Positions 26,439-35,060 of a DNA stretch of 39,772 nt are shown here, in pieces; position 1 is the stretch's first letter, and every line of letters begins with the position of its first letter. The stretch comes from Candidatus Iainarchaeum sp. GTDB lineage: Archaea > Iainarchaeota > Iainarchaeia > Iainarchaeales > GCA-2688035. The translations under genes were made by a program, and so were the position numbers. The stretch is taken from positions 1-39,772 of the forward strand of contig JAFCCK010000001.1 in the NCBI GenBank assembly GCA_017610245.1, read 5' to 3'. The notes under the pieces are model-generated. The model made no database searches. It had not been told where the DNA came from and worked only from the letters and a program-made list of their open reading frames with translations.

Positions 26439-26876
26439 TTACTTTTTATCTTGCTCCTCTCGCTCTTTTTTAAGAATCTCCTGGGCCTTAACCACAGTCA
26501 ACTCTCCTGAAAGTTCCACTCTTTTAGGTGCCTCTTCAAGAACACCAAGAGACTGAAGAATCCTAATCTTTGCCTCCTCATGTTTTTGCATCAAATTCAA
26601 GGCCCCGATTTTCACATTATCATTACTTGTATCCCTGTACGTCTTCCTAGCATCCCGGTATATACCATCGTACCGCATTAGAAACTCAAACAAAACTTTA
26701 TCAAGCGGCTTTTTCGCCAGCTCACCTATAATTTCTTCCCTTAGCTTTTGCCTGTCCCTCTCAACAGTGCGAACAGGAACTTGTAATGTCCTAGCTATCT
26801 CTTTTGTGTAAAGGCCCTCAAGCACTAATGTCTTTACTTTCTCTCGCCTTTCTTCAATTTTCTTTTTGTTCGACAT
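26439..26876 (-). CDS. Small terminase subunit candidate (sigma-70 region-4-like HTH)
   Basis: 145 aa. LYTKEIARTLQVPVRTVERDRQKL is a helix-turn-helix. Immediately upstream of TerL. Confidence 0.5.
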   Translation of the reverse strand: MSNKKKIEERREKVKTLVLEGLYTKEIARTLQVPVRTVERDRQKLREEIIGELAKKPLDKVLFEFLMRYDGIYRDARKTYRDTSNDNVKIGALNLMQKHEEAKIRILQSLGVLEEAPKRVELSGELTVVKAQEILKKEREEQDKK

Positions 26877-28176
26877 CCCCCTTCACCTCCGCCGCTTTTT
26901 TGGCGGTTTTGCCCGTGTATCTCTCCCACCGATTGATAATAATTTGACAGTATTTTGGATCTAATTCCATCATAAAACACTGGCGACTGAGTTTTTCTGC
27001 AGCAATTAATGTGCTTCCGCTGCCGCCGAACAGGTCTAGCACAATTTCGCTTCTTTCAGTCATGGCCATTATTGCTGGGAAAGCGAGCTTGTAAGGTTTT
27101 TGTGTTGGATGTTCATATTCCGAGGTCTTGTCTCGGTGTTGATACCAGGCATCCAATTGCTCCAGAAAATTCGAGAATTCCAGGTTAATGAGACTTGTCC
27201 TGTTTTTGACGAATTGTTTGTTTAGCTCTGGCTTTTTTCCCTCTTTCAAGCCCAAAATGTAGAATTCAAGCTGCTTGTGGAAAACGCATCCTGGTGCATA
27301 CGTCAGGGAATTTTTTACCCATGCTCCAAGCTGGTTTACTTTCCATTTTTCCAAGATTACGGCCTGAATTGCCGTGTGCAGGTGCTTGTCCCCATTCCAT
27401 AAAACCAGGCCTGCTTTTTCTGTTGTCCAATCAAAACAGTTCTTCATGGCTTTGCGAAGAAATTCCAAGTACTGCTCTTCTGTCATGTTGTCTTGGAAGA
27501 CTTCTTTGTGGCCATACTTGTATTTTCCCTCTGCGTAGCTGTGAAATCCGAAGCTCCTATAGTTTATATTGTACGGAGGATCCGTAAACACCAATTTTGC
27601 CCTATTACCATTCATTAATTTTGCAGTATCCTCTGGAGAAGTAGCATCTCCACAGATTAGCCTATGCTGATCAAGCCTGAAAACGTCTCCCCGTACAATA
27701 TCTGTTTCAATTTTCTTGTACTCTTTCTCTACATCGAATTCCTCTTCCTTATCAATGTTTAAGGCGTCCAAGATTGAATCAAATTCCCTCTCTTTCAAGG
27801 CCAGTAATTCATTAACTTCGCCTAAGCTCATATGTTCACTGAAAAATTGGAATTCCAAGATATCCATTTCCCAGTCATGCGTTCCCCGAAGCTTGTTCAA
27901 AACCTGCCTCAAAATCCTGCGGTCAATATCCTTCAACAGCAATCTAATAACCGGCACCTGTTTCATTCCCAAAACCTTTGCACGCAGCCACTTCTGCTCG
28001 CCATCCGCAATAAGCAAATCCTTGTTTGTAATAATCGGGACAATAAACCCATACTTTTTGATGCTCTCATCCAGCGCGCGCTCTTGGGTTGGTGTCATTT
28101 TGTTAGGGTTCTTTCCATCAATCTTCAAATCATTAATAGGCACCATTTCAACTACGGGGATTTCAATCTCAGCCAT
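26854..28176 (-). CDS. ParB-like nuclease domain fused to a DNA methyltransferase (N6A/N4C, DPPY)
   Basis: 440 aa. The N-terminus has a ParB/Srx-like fold (KMTPTQERALDESIKKYGFIVPIITNKDLLIADGEQKWLRA). The C-terminus has VFTDPPYNINY (motif IV) and LDLFGGSGSTLIAA (motif I). Confidence 0.75.
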   Translation of the reverse strand: MAEIEIPVVEMVPINDLKIDGKNPNKMTPTQERALDESIKKYGFIVPIITNKDLLIADGEQKWLRAKVLGMKQVPVIRLLLKDIDRRILRQVLNKLRGTHDWEMDILEFQFFSEHMSLGEVNELLALKEREFDSILDALNIDKEEEFDVEKEYKKIETDIVRGDVFRLDQHRLICGDATSPEDTAKLMNGNRAKLVFTDPPYNINYRSFGFHSYAEGKYKYGHKEVFQDNMTEEQYLEFLRKAMKNCFDWTTEKAGLVLWNGDKHLHTAIQAVILEKWKVNQLGAWVKNSLTYAPGCVFHKQLEFYILGLKEGKKPELNKQFVKNRTSLINLEFSNFLEQLDAWYQHRDKTSEYEHPTQKPYKLAFPAIMAMTERSEIVLDLFGGSGSTLIAAEKLSRQCFMMELDPKYCQIIINRWERYTGKTAKKAAEVKGDVEQKEN

Positions 28177-28635
28177 CTAATTCCCCCTCTTCCAAGTTTT
28201 AAACCATAATGGTAATTTAGTTTTCCATCCTCTCTCGTCAAGTGTATGTTTTTCTTTTTGTACCTCGATTTTTTCAAGCCGGACTAATAAAGGTTTTTCT
28301 TCTGCTCCTCCATGCCCAACTAAATTTGAATTTGGGGCTAACTCACTACAAAATTCACAAAAAGATTGCTTCTCGCCTTTTTCATTTGTTGCCTGAACAA
28401 CTAAATAAAGTGCAAAAACATTATCCGCATTTGGTTTCACAACCTGCATTATAAAAAAACCTTTACTCACTGGTTGCTTAGCATCTCTAATGTTGAAATT
28501 CATACTTGGATGCTCAAACCGTTCCTTAATTTCCTCAATATAACCTTCGCCTTTCTTAACCAATTCGCAAGTAACAACCTCTTTGCCTTTAACAAGGTCT
28601 TTGAGTTGCTGCTCGTTGAATTTTTGGGTTTTCAA
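28177..28635 (-). CDS. Hypothetical protein
   Basis: 152 aa ORF packed against the ParB-MTase gene. Confidence 0.4.
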   Translation of the reverse strand: MKTQKFNEQQLKDLVKGKEVVTCELVKKGEGYIEEIKERFEHPSMNFNIRDAKQPVSKGFFIMQVVKPNADNVFALYLVVQATNEKGEKQSFCEFCSELAPNSNLVGHGGAEEKPLLVRLEKIEVQKEKHTLDERGWKTKLPLWFKTWKRGN

Positions 28636-28838
28636 TCCAATCCCTCCATGGTCTTTTCAAATTCTTCCGGTGTTTCTTTTATTGTCATTATTTTCGTTTT
28701 GCACTTCTGGCAGTACACTTCATAATGTGCTTCGCCTATAAGCTGTATTCGGAATAGCTTCGCCCCGCACTTGCATCTGATTCTAGTTCCTGGTAACACG
28801 TTTGCCCTCCTGCTTTTCCTGTTGGGATATGAAATCAC
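28632..28838 (-). CDS. Zn-ribbon protein
   Basis: 68 aa with a GTG start. Contains CKCG...CQKC. Confidence 0.35.
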   Translation of the reverse strand: MISYPNRKSRRANVLPGTRIRCKCGAKLFRIQLIGEAHYEVYCQKCKTKIMTIKETPEEFEKTMEGLD

Positions 28839-29016
28839 GCCAAGGCTGTAAACTTATAGGCTGATATGGAAAAGAGAAACGCAGCTGCTCGTGCCTTTTC
28901 TTTAAATAAGAAATTTCTTCCTCAATGGCCTCTAGTCTAATTATCTGCCGTTCTCTAATCTCTTTGAATTTCTTAAGCCTTTTTTGAATGTGTTCAATAT
29001 CGTAATCCTTGTTCAT
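28783..29016 (-). CDS. Hypothetical coiled-coil protein (start revised to ATG at 29016)
   Basis: Internal start MNKDYDIEHIQKRLKK has SD GGAGTG and sits 5 nt after the upstream stop. The longer ORF in the table would overlap by 86 nt. Confidence 0.35.
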   Translation of the reverse strand: MNKDYDIEHIQKRLKKFKEIRERQIIRLEAIEEEISYLKKRHEQLRFSFPYQPISLQPWRDFISQQEKQEGKRVTRN

Positions 29017-29020
29017 TCTC

Positions 29021-29242
29021 TCACACTCCAAAGTCTGTTTCCGGGTCTTCCTCGAGCTTTGTTTTAACGGCTTCCTCCAAAGCCCGGATTCTTCTAAGGG
29101 CCTCAAAGTACTTCTGCTTCAAATTTCTGTTTTCTTCTTTGAGGTTTTTAATATCTGTATAGACAAGCACCAACTGTAGCTTAACTTCACGCTTGACTGC
29201 TGTTTCCACTATTCTCGCTATCTCGCCCATACAGAACCACAT
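29021..29242 (-). CDS. Hypothetical coiled-coil protein
   Basis: 73 aa ORF. Confidence 0.35.
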   Translation of the reverse strand: MWFCMGEIARIVETAVKREVKLQLVLVYTDIKNLKEENRNLKQKYFEALRRIRALEEAVKTKLEEDPETDFGV

Positions 29243-29248
29243 TGCTCA

Positions 29249-29443
29249 CTATCCCAAAATTACTATAGGTGCTCTTCCTGCACATTTCTTTATGGCTGCG
29301 ATTCCCTTCAAGGCATTTCTTTTCCTTGAGTAGCCCTCGCTCTGTGCAATTATTTTGCCGTTGGCTGCTCTCAATCGAAAGTACCATTGTCTATCAACAG
29401 CGTTTCCTATAAACACTTCAAACTTTCCCTGCACTGTTCTCAC
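29249..29443 (-). CDS. YegP / DUF1508-like protein
   Basis: 64 aa. KFEVFIGNAVDRQWYFRLRAANGKIIAQSEGYSRKRNALKGIAAIK matches the YegP repeat consensus. Confidence 0.55.
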   Translation of the reverse strand: MRTVQGKFEVFIGNAVDRQWYFRLRAANGKIIAQSEGYSRKRNALKGIAAIKKCAGRAPIVILG

Positions 29444-29774
29444 CTCCCTTCTTTTTTTCTGCCTCTAGTTTTTCCACTTCCTCTTTAGAGATTTTTTTAA
29501 CCTCTGTCTTTTCCTCTGGCGGCAATGCAGGAGGGAACACGTCAATTATTTTGGCTCCACCTATTAGTCGCTTACCTTGGTCTCGTCTTTCAGTCAGGTT
29601 TGTTATTTGCATTTTCTTTTCTTCGTTGTCAATGCCAAGCTTTTCTACCTCGTTGTCATTGATTTGTATTTCAAACTCAATTTTCTTTATTGAATTTGTC
29701 ATGCGCTTCACTGAGATGCGCTCCTGCTCTCTTTCCTTGCCGTTAAGGCTTCTGTCGTTTGGGTTCTTTTGCAT
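29418..29774 (-). CDS. Hypothetical charged protein
   Basis: 118 aa ORF. Confidence 0.35.
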   Translation of the reverse strand: MQKNPNDRSLNGKEREQERISVKRMTNSIKKIEFEIQINDNEVEKLGIDNEEKKMQITNLTERRDQGKRLIGGAKIIDVFPPALPPEEKTEVKKISKEEVEKLEAEKKKGGENSAGKV

Positions 29775-30174
29775 TTTTTATCCTCTCCTTTTTTCTTTTC
29801 ACTGCTTCTTTGAACAGCTTGCGTGGCAATGGCCAGCGCATTCCTTTTTGAATTTTCAAATAAATTCTTTTGTCCTCGACTGTGGCAAAAAATTTCCAAT
29901 TACAAAAAGCGCAATTCAGGTATTCAACAATGCAGGATTTCTTTCCGTAATGTACTGATAGTTTGCCTCTAATCATTTTGTGGAATCCCTTATTGCAATA
30001 CTTTTTCCTTGCCTGTTCAAAACTAAAGCCCTTCCAACCTAGTGTTAGCATAAACCATTCCCAACGCAACCAGGAAAGGCAGGACGAGAAAAAATTACTC
30101 AATCTGGGTAATTTAAAACTTTGCCTAGCCCCACTCGCGTTCGTCCCTTCTCGCCTTTCTGCTCCCGTTTTCAA
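29743..30174 (-). CDS. Hypothetical Cys/His-rich protein
   Basis: TTG start with SD GGAGGG 7 nt upstream. Contains C..H..H..C..C..C spacing. Confidence 0.35.
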   Translation of the reverse strand: MKTGAERREGTNASGARQSFKLPRLSNFFSSCLSWLRWEWFMLTLGWKGFSFEQARKKYCNKGFHKMIRGKLSVHYGKKSCIVEYLNCAFCNWKFFATVEDKRIYLKIQKGMRWPLPRKLFKEAVKRKKERIKNAKEPKRQKP

Positions 30175-30518
30175 TTCAATCCCTCCGATGCACTTTCATT
30201 CATGCTTGGAATTTTGTGCGGATTGAAAAAGAAATGTACCCAAACCAGTTCCTGTGCTTTGAATTTTCCTCTGTGCAGGCTTTTCCATACAACTTCAAAC
30301 TCTTGCGGATTGCCTGCGCCCTCTGCTTCCCAAAGAAATTCTTTTACAAACCACAAAGGCAGCTCCATTACATGCTGCAGCCTAAACCTTCCGTTTGCTG
30401 TATAGAAATAATCCCCTGGATCTCCGTACCTTTTGTGCCGGCTAGTGCAAACCTTTTGCCCGGCCCTAAGCCTTTCATCGCTCCACTTGTTGAATGGAAT
30501 TTCAATCTGTTTGCTCAT
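30171..30518 (-). CDS. ASCH-like beta-barrel protein (weak)
   Basis: 115 aa. LRAGQKVCTSRHKRYG resembles the GxKxxExR motif of ASCH domains. Confidence 0.3.
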   Translation of the reverse strand: MSKQIEIPFNKWSDERLRAGQKVCTSRHKRYGDPGDYFYTANGRFRLQHVMELPLWFVKEFLWEAEGAGNPQEFEVVWKSLHRGKFKAQELVWVHFFFNPHKIPSMNESASEGLN

Positions 30519-30724
30519 AGCAACGCTTTCTCCAGTGTTTCTTTCTTTACTCTTTTCAATGCGTTCCCGAATTTCTCCAGGGCCGCGCCTGGTGTGCTTC
30601 CCTTACAGCAAATTTCAAGCTTGCTGCATTCAAAGGCATACTCATTCTTTCTTGGATCTGTCGTCCTTAGTGGGTAATATAGCACTTCCAGATTTGTCTT
30701 GCGTATTTCCGGCATTAGATTCAA
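30515..30724 (-). CDS. Hypothetical small protein
   Basis: 69 aa ORF with a 4-nt overlap onto its downstream neighbour. Confidence 0.35.
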   Translation of the reverse strand: MNLMPEIRKTNLEVLYYPLRTTDPRKNEYAFECSKLEICCKGSTPGAALEKFGNALKRVKKETLEKALL

Positions 30725-31046
30725 CCTCCTGTTTTTCTTCTATAATAACCTCAACTTCTTTTCTGAATTTTTCCTGTTTTCCCATTTGCTCTTTGGCCCA
30801 TTGCTTTATTTCGTTGAACTTTCCCAGAGGCAGGAAAATTACTTCCGCTTCCTCTGTTACCATCTCAACAAACTTCTGGCCCATGTGCTCGGTTATTTCT
30901 GGGTTGTCAATGTCAAGCGTTGCAATATCGCTCAACGCAATCTTTGGATCTGAAACCTTTACGAAAACCTTGCTGCCTTTCACTCGGAAGGCTTTTATGC
31001 TCAGAGTCGTTTTTATTCCTTCTTCAATTTCTGGATTTGCTTGCAA
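30642..31046 (-). CDS. Hypothetical acidic protein
   Basis: 134 aa ORF. Confidence 0.35.
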   Translation of the reverse strand: MQANPEIEEGIKTTLSIKAFRVKGSKVFVKVSDPKIALSDIATLDIDNPEITEHMGQKFVEMVTEEAEVIFLPLGKFNEIKQWAKEQMGKQEKFRKEVEVIIEEKQEVESNAGNTQDKSGSAILPTKDDRSKKE

Positions 31047-31304
31047 TTATTTCCCCTCCCTTTTAGTTGGCACAACAACATAGGAATCCCAAGTGCCGCC
31101 ACTGTTTCTTTCATTCTCTAGCACTATTATTTTTGCTTCCTTGACTTCCTTGACTTTTGCAGGAAAGCCCATCATACCTAATCTCACTGTTCCGCCTTTT
31201 TTTAATTTTTCATGGTTGGAAAGGAAAATTTTGTTTTCGTTCCATTTGTCATCATGCAACAAAATGCCTTCCGTTTCCTTTCTTGTTAGTTCAATTTCTG
31301 GCAT
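31047..31304 (-). CDS. Hypothetical protein
   Basis: 85 aa. SD GGAGGAG. Confidence 0.4.
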   Translation of the reverse strand: MPEIELTRKETEGILLHDDKWNENKIFLSNHEKLKKGGTVRLGMMGFPAKVKEVKEAKIIVLENERNSGGTWDSYVVVPTKREGK

Positions 31305-31306
31305 GC

Positions 31307-31534
31307 TTACTCCTCCTGCGGTTTTACTATATCTGCAAAGGCTACTCGCTGCAGTACTTTTGTAATTTCAACCTCGTGCCTTTCGCCTTTCCTTGCGCCT
31401 TGGATTATTACTACAAATCCCTCGACCTTTGCAACGCCGTCGCCGTCCTTACCGATACCGATAATATCAACCTCGATGCGCTCGCCTTGCTGCACTGGCG
31501 GCTGCCTTGCTCCTCTTTCTTCTTTTCCTTCCAA
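31307..31534 (-). CDS. Stand-alone TRAM-domain protein
   Basis: 75 aa with a TTG start and SD AGGAGG. GERIEVDIIGIGKDGDGVAKVEGFVVIIQGARKGERHEVEITKV is a TRAM OB-fold. Free-standing TRAM proteins are characteristic of archaea. Confidence 0.6.
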   Translation of the reverse strand: MEGKEERGARQPPVQQGERIEVDIIGIGKDGDGVAKVEGFVVIIQGARKGERHEVEITKVLQRVAFADIVKPQEE

Positions 31535-31685
31535 ATTAATTCCTCCTTGTGATTTTTATGTTGTCTCCGGCCATAGGTCGGTCTCTTTTCCTGTACTGGA
31601 AAAGCTGTCCTTTCAGCTGCCTAACTTCTTCTTCCAAACTGTTTATTTTCTGCTGCATTTCTCTCATTCTTTTTGCGTTGCTCAT

Positions 31686-31835
31686 TTATTCACTCCATTC
31701 AGATTCTTTATTTCCACACAAAGTACAAACTAACGTACCAACAGTTTCAGGATATATTCCATTAGCTGTTCTTATTTTTATTTTCTTTTTTTCAAGAAAG
31801 AATTTGTTATTTCCGCATTTGCATTTCTTTTTCAT
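31686..31835 (-). CDS. Small Zn-ribbon protein (49 aa; not in the supplied ORF table)
   Basis: MKKKCKCGNNKFFLEKKKIKIRTANGIYPETVGTLVCTLCGNKESEWSE. Its ATG overlaps the upstream stop as ATGA. Confidence 0.35.
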   Translation of the reverse strand: MKKKCKCGNNKFFLEKKKIKIRTANGIYPETVGTLVCTLCGNKESEWSE

Positions 31836-32104
31836 TGCTTCGCCTCTAGTATTTTTTTAGCCAACTCAGGATTTTCTCCAATCCATAAAAAAAAACCTAC
31901 AATTTCACTTTTTTTCCATTCTATGAATTTAATGTTTTTTAAAATTTTTCCCAATTCTTTCAAACTATACCTTGTCGGCCCTTCAAGAACTTTTCCCAAT
32001 ACTTCATCTACTGCATTCATTGGCCCTTGCATTTTAGCATCCAATTGACGATTTATATTTTTCAAGTATTCTTTCATTTCTCTAACTTCTTTTTCTGACA
32101 TCAT
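31832..32104 (-). CDS. Hypothetical protein
   Basis: 90 aa ORF. Confidence 0.4.
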   Translation of the reverse strand: MMSEKEVREMKEYLKNINRQLDAKMQGPMNAVDEVLGKVLEGPTRYSLKELGKILKNIKFIEWKKSEIVGFFLWIGENPELAKKILEAKQ

Positions 32105-33912
32105 TACAAGTCCTCCAAGAAAAGTGTTTTGCTAGCCTTAACCATCTGGCCGTCAACTTCAATCAGCCCGTTCCTTCTTAGCAATCCCAAGTAAGTACCA
32201 AACGATCCTCCGCTTGGTGCAAAGTTTGTTTTCTCTCCAATCTCTTCCCTAGTAATTTCTCCCGGGTAAACTTCTGCAATAGCGCGAAGCATTGCTCCGG
32301 CTCCTGCCCTGAATTTTGAAGCCCACATATCAACTAAAGCTGTAGGCTCTGTCGGAAGGTCAGGGATATCTCCTGCATTTTCCAGGCCCTCAGAGGTAAT
32401 TATTACTTCACCTTTTTTCTCTTCGATCCAGCCAGCTCTTTTTAGTTGGCCCCAATAGGTACCGAAAGAGCCGCCCTTCATAGAAAAGCCTGAAAGAGAT
32501 GCAACCTGCTGCCTACTTATTGGTGTCGGATGGAACATTGCAACAGCCTTAAGCATTTTCATTGCCCCTGATCTGAGCGTTCCATTGTTTCCCTCATCTG
32601 TGGGTATGTGTATATGTGTCTCAGCCTTCATCGATGGCGTTATCGATGAGCTTATAGATGGCTGTGCTTTTTGTCCAATGCCATACTCTCGGTCAAGTTG
32701 TGCAACACTTTTCCTTGCTCCCGGCACATGATTTTCTTTATCATCAAAAATAGAAATTTTATCTACAATCGCAATGACACTTTCAACTTTTTGAGATTTC
32801 TCTTTTATCAAACCAAAATTATATTTTAGAGTGTGGAGATGTTTCCTCATTTTGTTGAACTCAACATCATACCTTTTTTTTGCTTCAGAATATCCTTGTA
32901 TCCTAGCATTGATTATATCATTCTTATTTTTCACCGGTACTTCAGAGTACTTTATAGTACCAACTTTCTTCAGCTGCAAATTCAACTCCCGAATTTTCTT
33001 TTTTAAATCTGATGTTTCCATCTGCTCTTCCTCAGCTTTCTTCGGAAGATCCGCAAGCTTAGATAATATTAATTTAATATTACTTCCTGCAGGTGCTGCT
33101 TTGATGCTTACTCCCATGCCTGCCTCCGGATGAGATGTTTTTACCTTGTCAATTTTTACCTTAGCTATTTGCTTGGCTATTGCAGGACCGAATGCATAAA
33201 ATTCTCCTGCCTCGAGGTCTCTCAAAGAAAGCATTTGTTGTTTTGAAGTAAAGCCTAGCTCTTCGCTTGCCCTTTTCATGTCCACATCTAGGCCTGTTCT
33301 TCCGATTAGTTTGTTGTTGCATTCGGCTGCTGCATCCTTGTGAAGTTTTGAAAGCCTCTGCGTTGCTAGGGCAATACAATATCCTCTCTTCCTTCCTCGG
33401 GTTGCTGCATCAATTACGGAGCCTGCACTTTCTGATTTTGTTTTCTCCGGACAGAAGATATGGGCCTCATCTACTATAAGCAAAACAGGATGCCATAGTT
33501 CCTTTCTGGCGTTCACCATTGCGTCCAGGAATCTCTTTACAAATAGAATCCTCTCATGATGCTTCAGCTCATACAAATCGATTATGGCTGAAATGTTATG
33601 CTCGAGCAGTTTCTTTGCAAGCATCTCTGCTGACCTGATGTCTGTTGGAATGTCGCCGTCTTTTCCGACTAATACATAATCGTACTTTTCCCTTAGCGTT
33701 GCGAACTCTCCCTCCAGGTCAAGGACAATATGCTGTACCTTCCCGTGCGTTTCCTCGAGGAGCTTCCGGATTAAATAAGATTTTCCTCCTCCAGAGTTTG
33801 CCTGAATTAAAAGTCTGGTTCTCATTAGTTTTTCCAGGTCGATTCCCAGGGGCTTGCCGTCTGCCTTTCCGATGATTGCTTTCTTCAATTTAATCCCCCT
33901 TTTTTGTTTCAC
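32104..33912 (-). CDS. HerA/FtsK-like P-loop ATPase with two C-terminal winged-helix repeats
   Basis: 602 aa with a GTG start. Walker A is ANSGGGKSY and Walker B is LLIVDEAH. The C-terminus holds two related modules (GGSFGTYWGQLKRAGWIE and GGSFGTYLGLLRRNGLIE). Confidence 0.6.
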   Translation of the reverse strand: MKQKRGIKLKKAIIGKADGKPLGIDLEKLMRTRLLIQANSGGGKSYLIRKLLEETHGKVQHIVLDLEGEFATLREKYDYVLVGKDGDIPTDIRSAEMLAKKLLEHNISAIIDLYELKHHERILFVKRFLDAMVNARKELWHPVLLIVDEAHIFCPEKTKSESAGSVIDAATRGRKRGYCIALATQRLSKLHKDAAAECNNKLIGRTGLDVDMKRASEELGFTSKQQMLSLRDLEAGEFYAFGPAIAKQIAKVKIDKVKTSHPEAGMGVSIKAAPAGSNIKLILSKLADLPKKAEEEQMETSDLKKKIRELNLQLKKVGTIKYSEVPVKNKNDIINARIQGYSEAKKRYDVEFNKMRKHLHTLKYNFGLIKEKSQKVESVIAIVDKISIFDDKENHVPGARKSVAQLDREYGIGQKAQPSISSSITPSMKAETHIHIPTDEGNNGTLRSGAMKMLKAVAMFHPTPISRQQVASLSGFSMKGGSFGTYWGQLKRAGWIEEKKGEVIITSEGLENAGDIPDLPTEPTALVDMWASKFRAGAGAMLRAIAEVYPGEITREEIGEKTNFAPSGGSFGTYLGLLRRNGLIEVDGQMVKASKTLFLEDL

Positions 33913-34042
33913 ATAATCGTTCCAGTTTTTCTTCTTCTTTCTTCAAACATTTATCGTGGAAAACTCCGCTAATGCCATTTCTCCCTACAAAATTCTGCAA
34001 TTCATTTTCTTTAAAAGTCAAACCGCAACCATCGCATTTCAT
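33890..34042 (-). CDS. Small Zn-ribbon protein (50 aa; not in the ORF table)
   Basis: MKCDGCGLTFKENELQNFVGRNGISGVFHDKCLKKEEEKLERLCETKKGD. Its ATG directly follows the TAG stop of the HAD gene. Confidence 0.35.
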   Translation of the reverse strand: MKCDGCGLTFKENELQNFVGRNGISGVFHDKCLKKEEEKLERLCETKKGD

Positions 34043-34504
34043 CTAATCCTCTTCCCATTGATCTACCTGGTAACAAGTAAGGCCCAGCTCCCGCCACATA
34101 TCCACTACTCGCTGCCTGTCCTCAAATACTCCTATGACTTCAAATTTTTTTTGAATTTGATTTTTGTAAATTTCTTTCTTTATTTTATGGTCTGGCCTTA
34201 TATCTCCATCAAGGCGCATTATCATACTATACTTACGAGATTCTTTTGAACTTGGGAAATGATTCAAAAGCCATCTTATTGTAATTCCTTCAATCAATCT
34301 AGGCCGTCCTGTTAGGAAAATTATGTGGTAATGTTCTGCTAGGAATTTAATTAATTCAATTACTTGTTTTTTTGGTTTGTCTTTGTATGCTGCTGCAAAG
34401 AATCTCTTCCAGTCTTTAACTCCGTGCGGGTTCTTTATCCAATGCAGCCTGTGGGTAAGGTCTGCTATTGTTCCGTCTATGTCTACGATTATTGCTTTCT
34501 TCAA
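34043..34504 (-). CDS. HAD-superfamily phosphatase
   Basis: 153 aa. The N-terminus IIVDIDGTIAD is the DxDGT motif I. The fold resembles nucleotidase or polynucleotide 3'-phosphatase. Confidence 0.6.
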   Translation of the reverse strand: MKKAIIVDIDGTIADLTHRLHWIKNPHGVKDWKRFFAAAYKDKPKKQVIELIKFLAEHYHIIFLTGRPRLIEGITIRWLLNHFPSSKESRKYSMIMRLDGDIRPDHKIKKEIYKNQIQKKFEVIGVFEDRQRVVDMWRELGLTCYQVDQWEED

Positions 34505-34851
34505 TTAATCAGCTCCTCTTTCCATTCCTGGTCAATCCGAATCCCAACTATCCTGCACGGGTAACGTTCCCTTTTGCTGTCAATGCTCTTTTCTTTTTCT
34601 GAATCCATTACCTCGATTGCCACTCTGTCATCCAGCACGAAAATGTCTGCCCGGCTTCCGTTCTTGAAAATTGCCTCAGTGTAAAAGCTTTTGCCCTGTG
34701 CGTTCAGCCAGTAGCATATTTCAAAAATCTTTATTGCATGCTTGAACCTGCCAGGGAAACCACACTTGTTTCTCTTTGCGTTCTGCTTCATTCTGTTGTC
34801 TAGCAAGTTCTTTGATTCTTGGCAAAACTGCTCTCGTACTTTTTGGTTCAT
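34501..34851 (-). CDS. Possible PD-(D/E)xK-type nuclease (Hjc-like pattern ...GSRADIFVLDDRVAIEVM; weak)
   Basis: 116 aa with an E...D(x12)IEV(M) arrangement. Confidence 0.3.
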   Translation of the reverse strand: MNQKVREQFCQESKNLLDNRMKQNAKRNKCGFPGRFKHAIKIFEICYWLNAQGKSFYTEAIFKNGSRADIFVLDDRVAIEVMDSEKEKSIDSKRERYPCRIVGIRIDQEWKEELIN

Positions 34852-35060
34852 AGTTTCCTCATCACCTTCAAGAGTTCCCTGGCGTTCTTAACGTGCTTGC
34901 AGTTGGATTTCTTTCCCCTGCCCTCCTGCATTGTTCCATGTTGACAATCGCAAGACCTTTCCACAGAAGAAAGGCAAACAAGGTATTTCTCTTTTGCAAG
35001 AAACCAGTGCTTGCCTTTCAATCCCTGGCCAAGGTAGCGAATTGCGAATATATAACCCAC
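34848..35060 (-). CDS. SWIM-type Zn-finger protein
   Basis: 70 aa. CDCQHGTMQEGRGKKSNCKH gives CxC...CxH. Confidence 0.4.
   Translation of the reverse strand: MGYIFAIRYLGQGLKGKHWFLAKEKYLVCLSSVERSCDCQHGTMQEGRGKKSNCKHVKNARELLKVMRKL

Noticed and set aside
31535-31685. Coiled-coil mini-ORF (MSNAKRMREMQQKINSLEEEV...) between the Zn-ribbon and TRAM genes
   Set aside because: I could not establish a consistent frame or stop on hand translation. It may be real, but the coordinates are unreliable.
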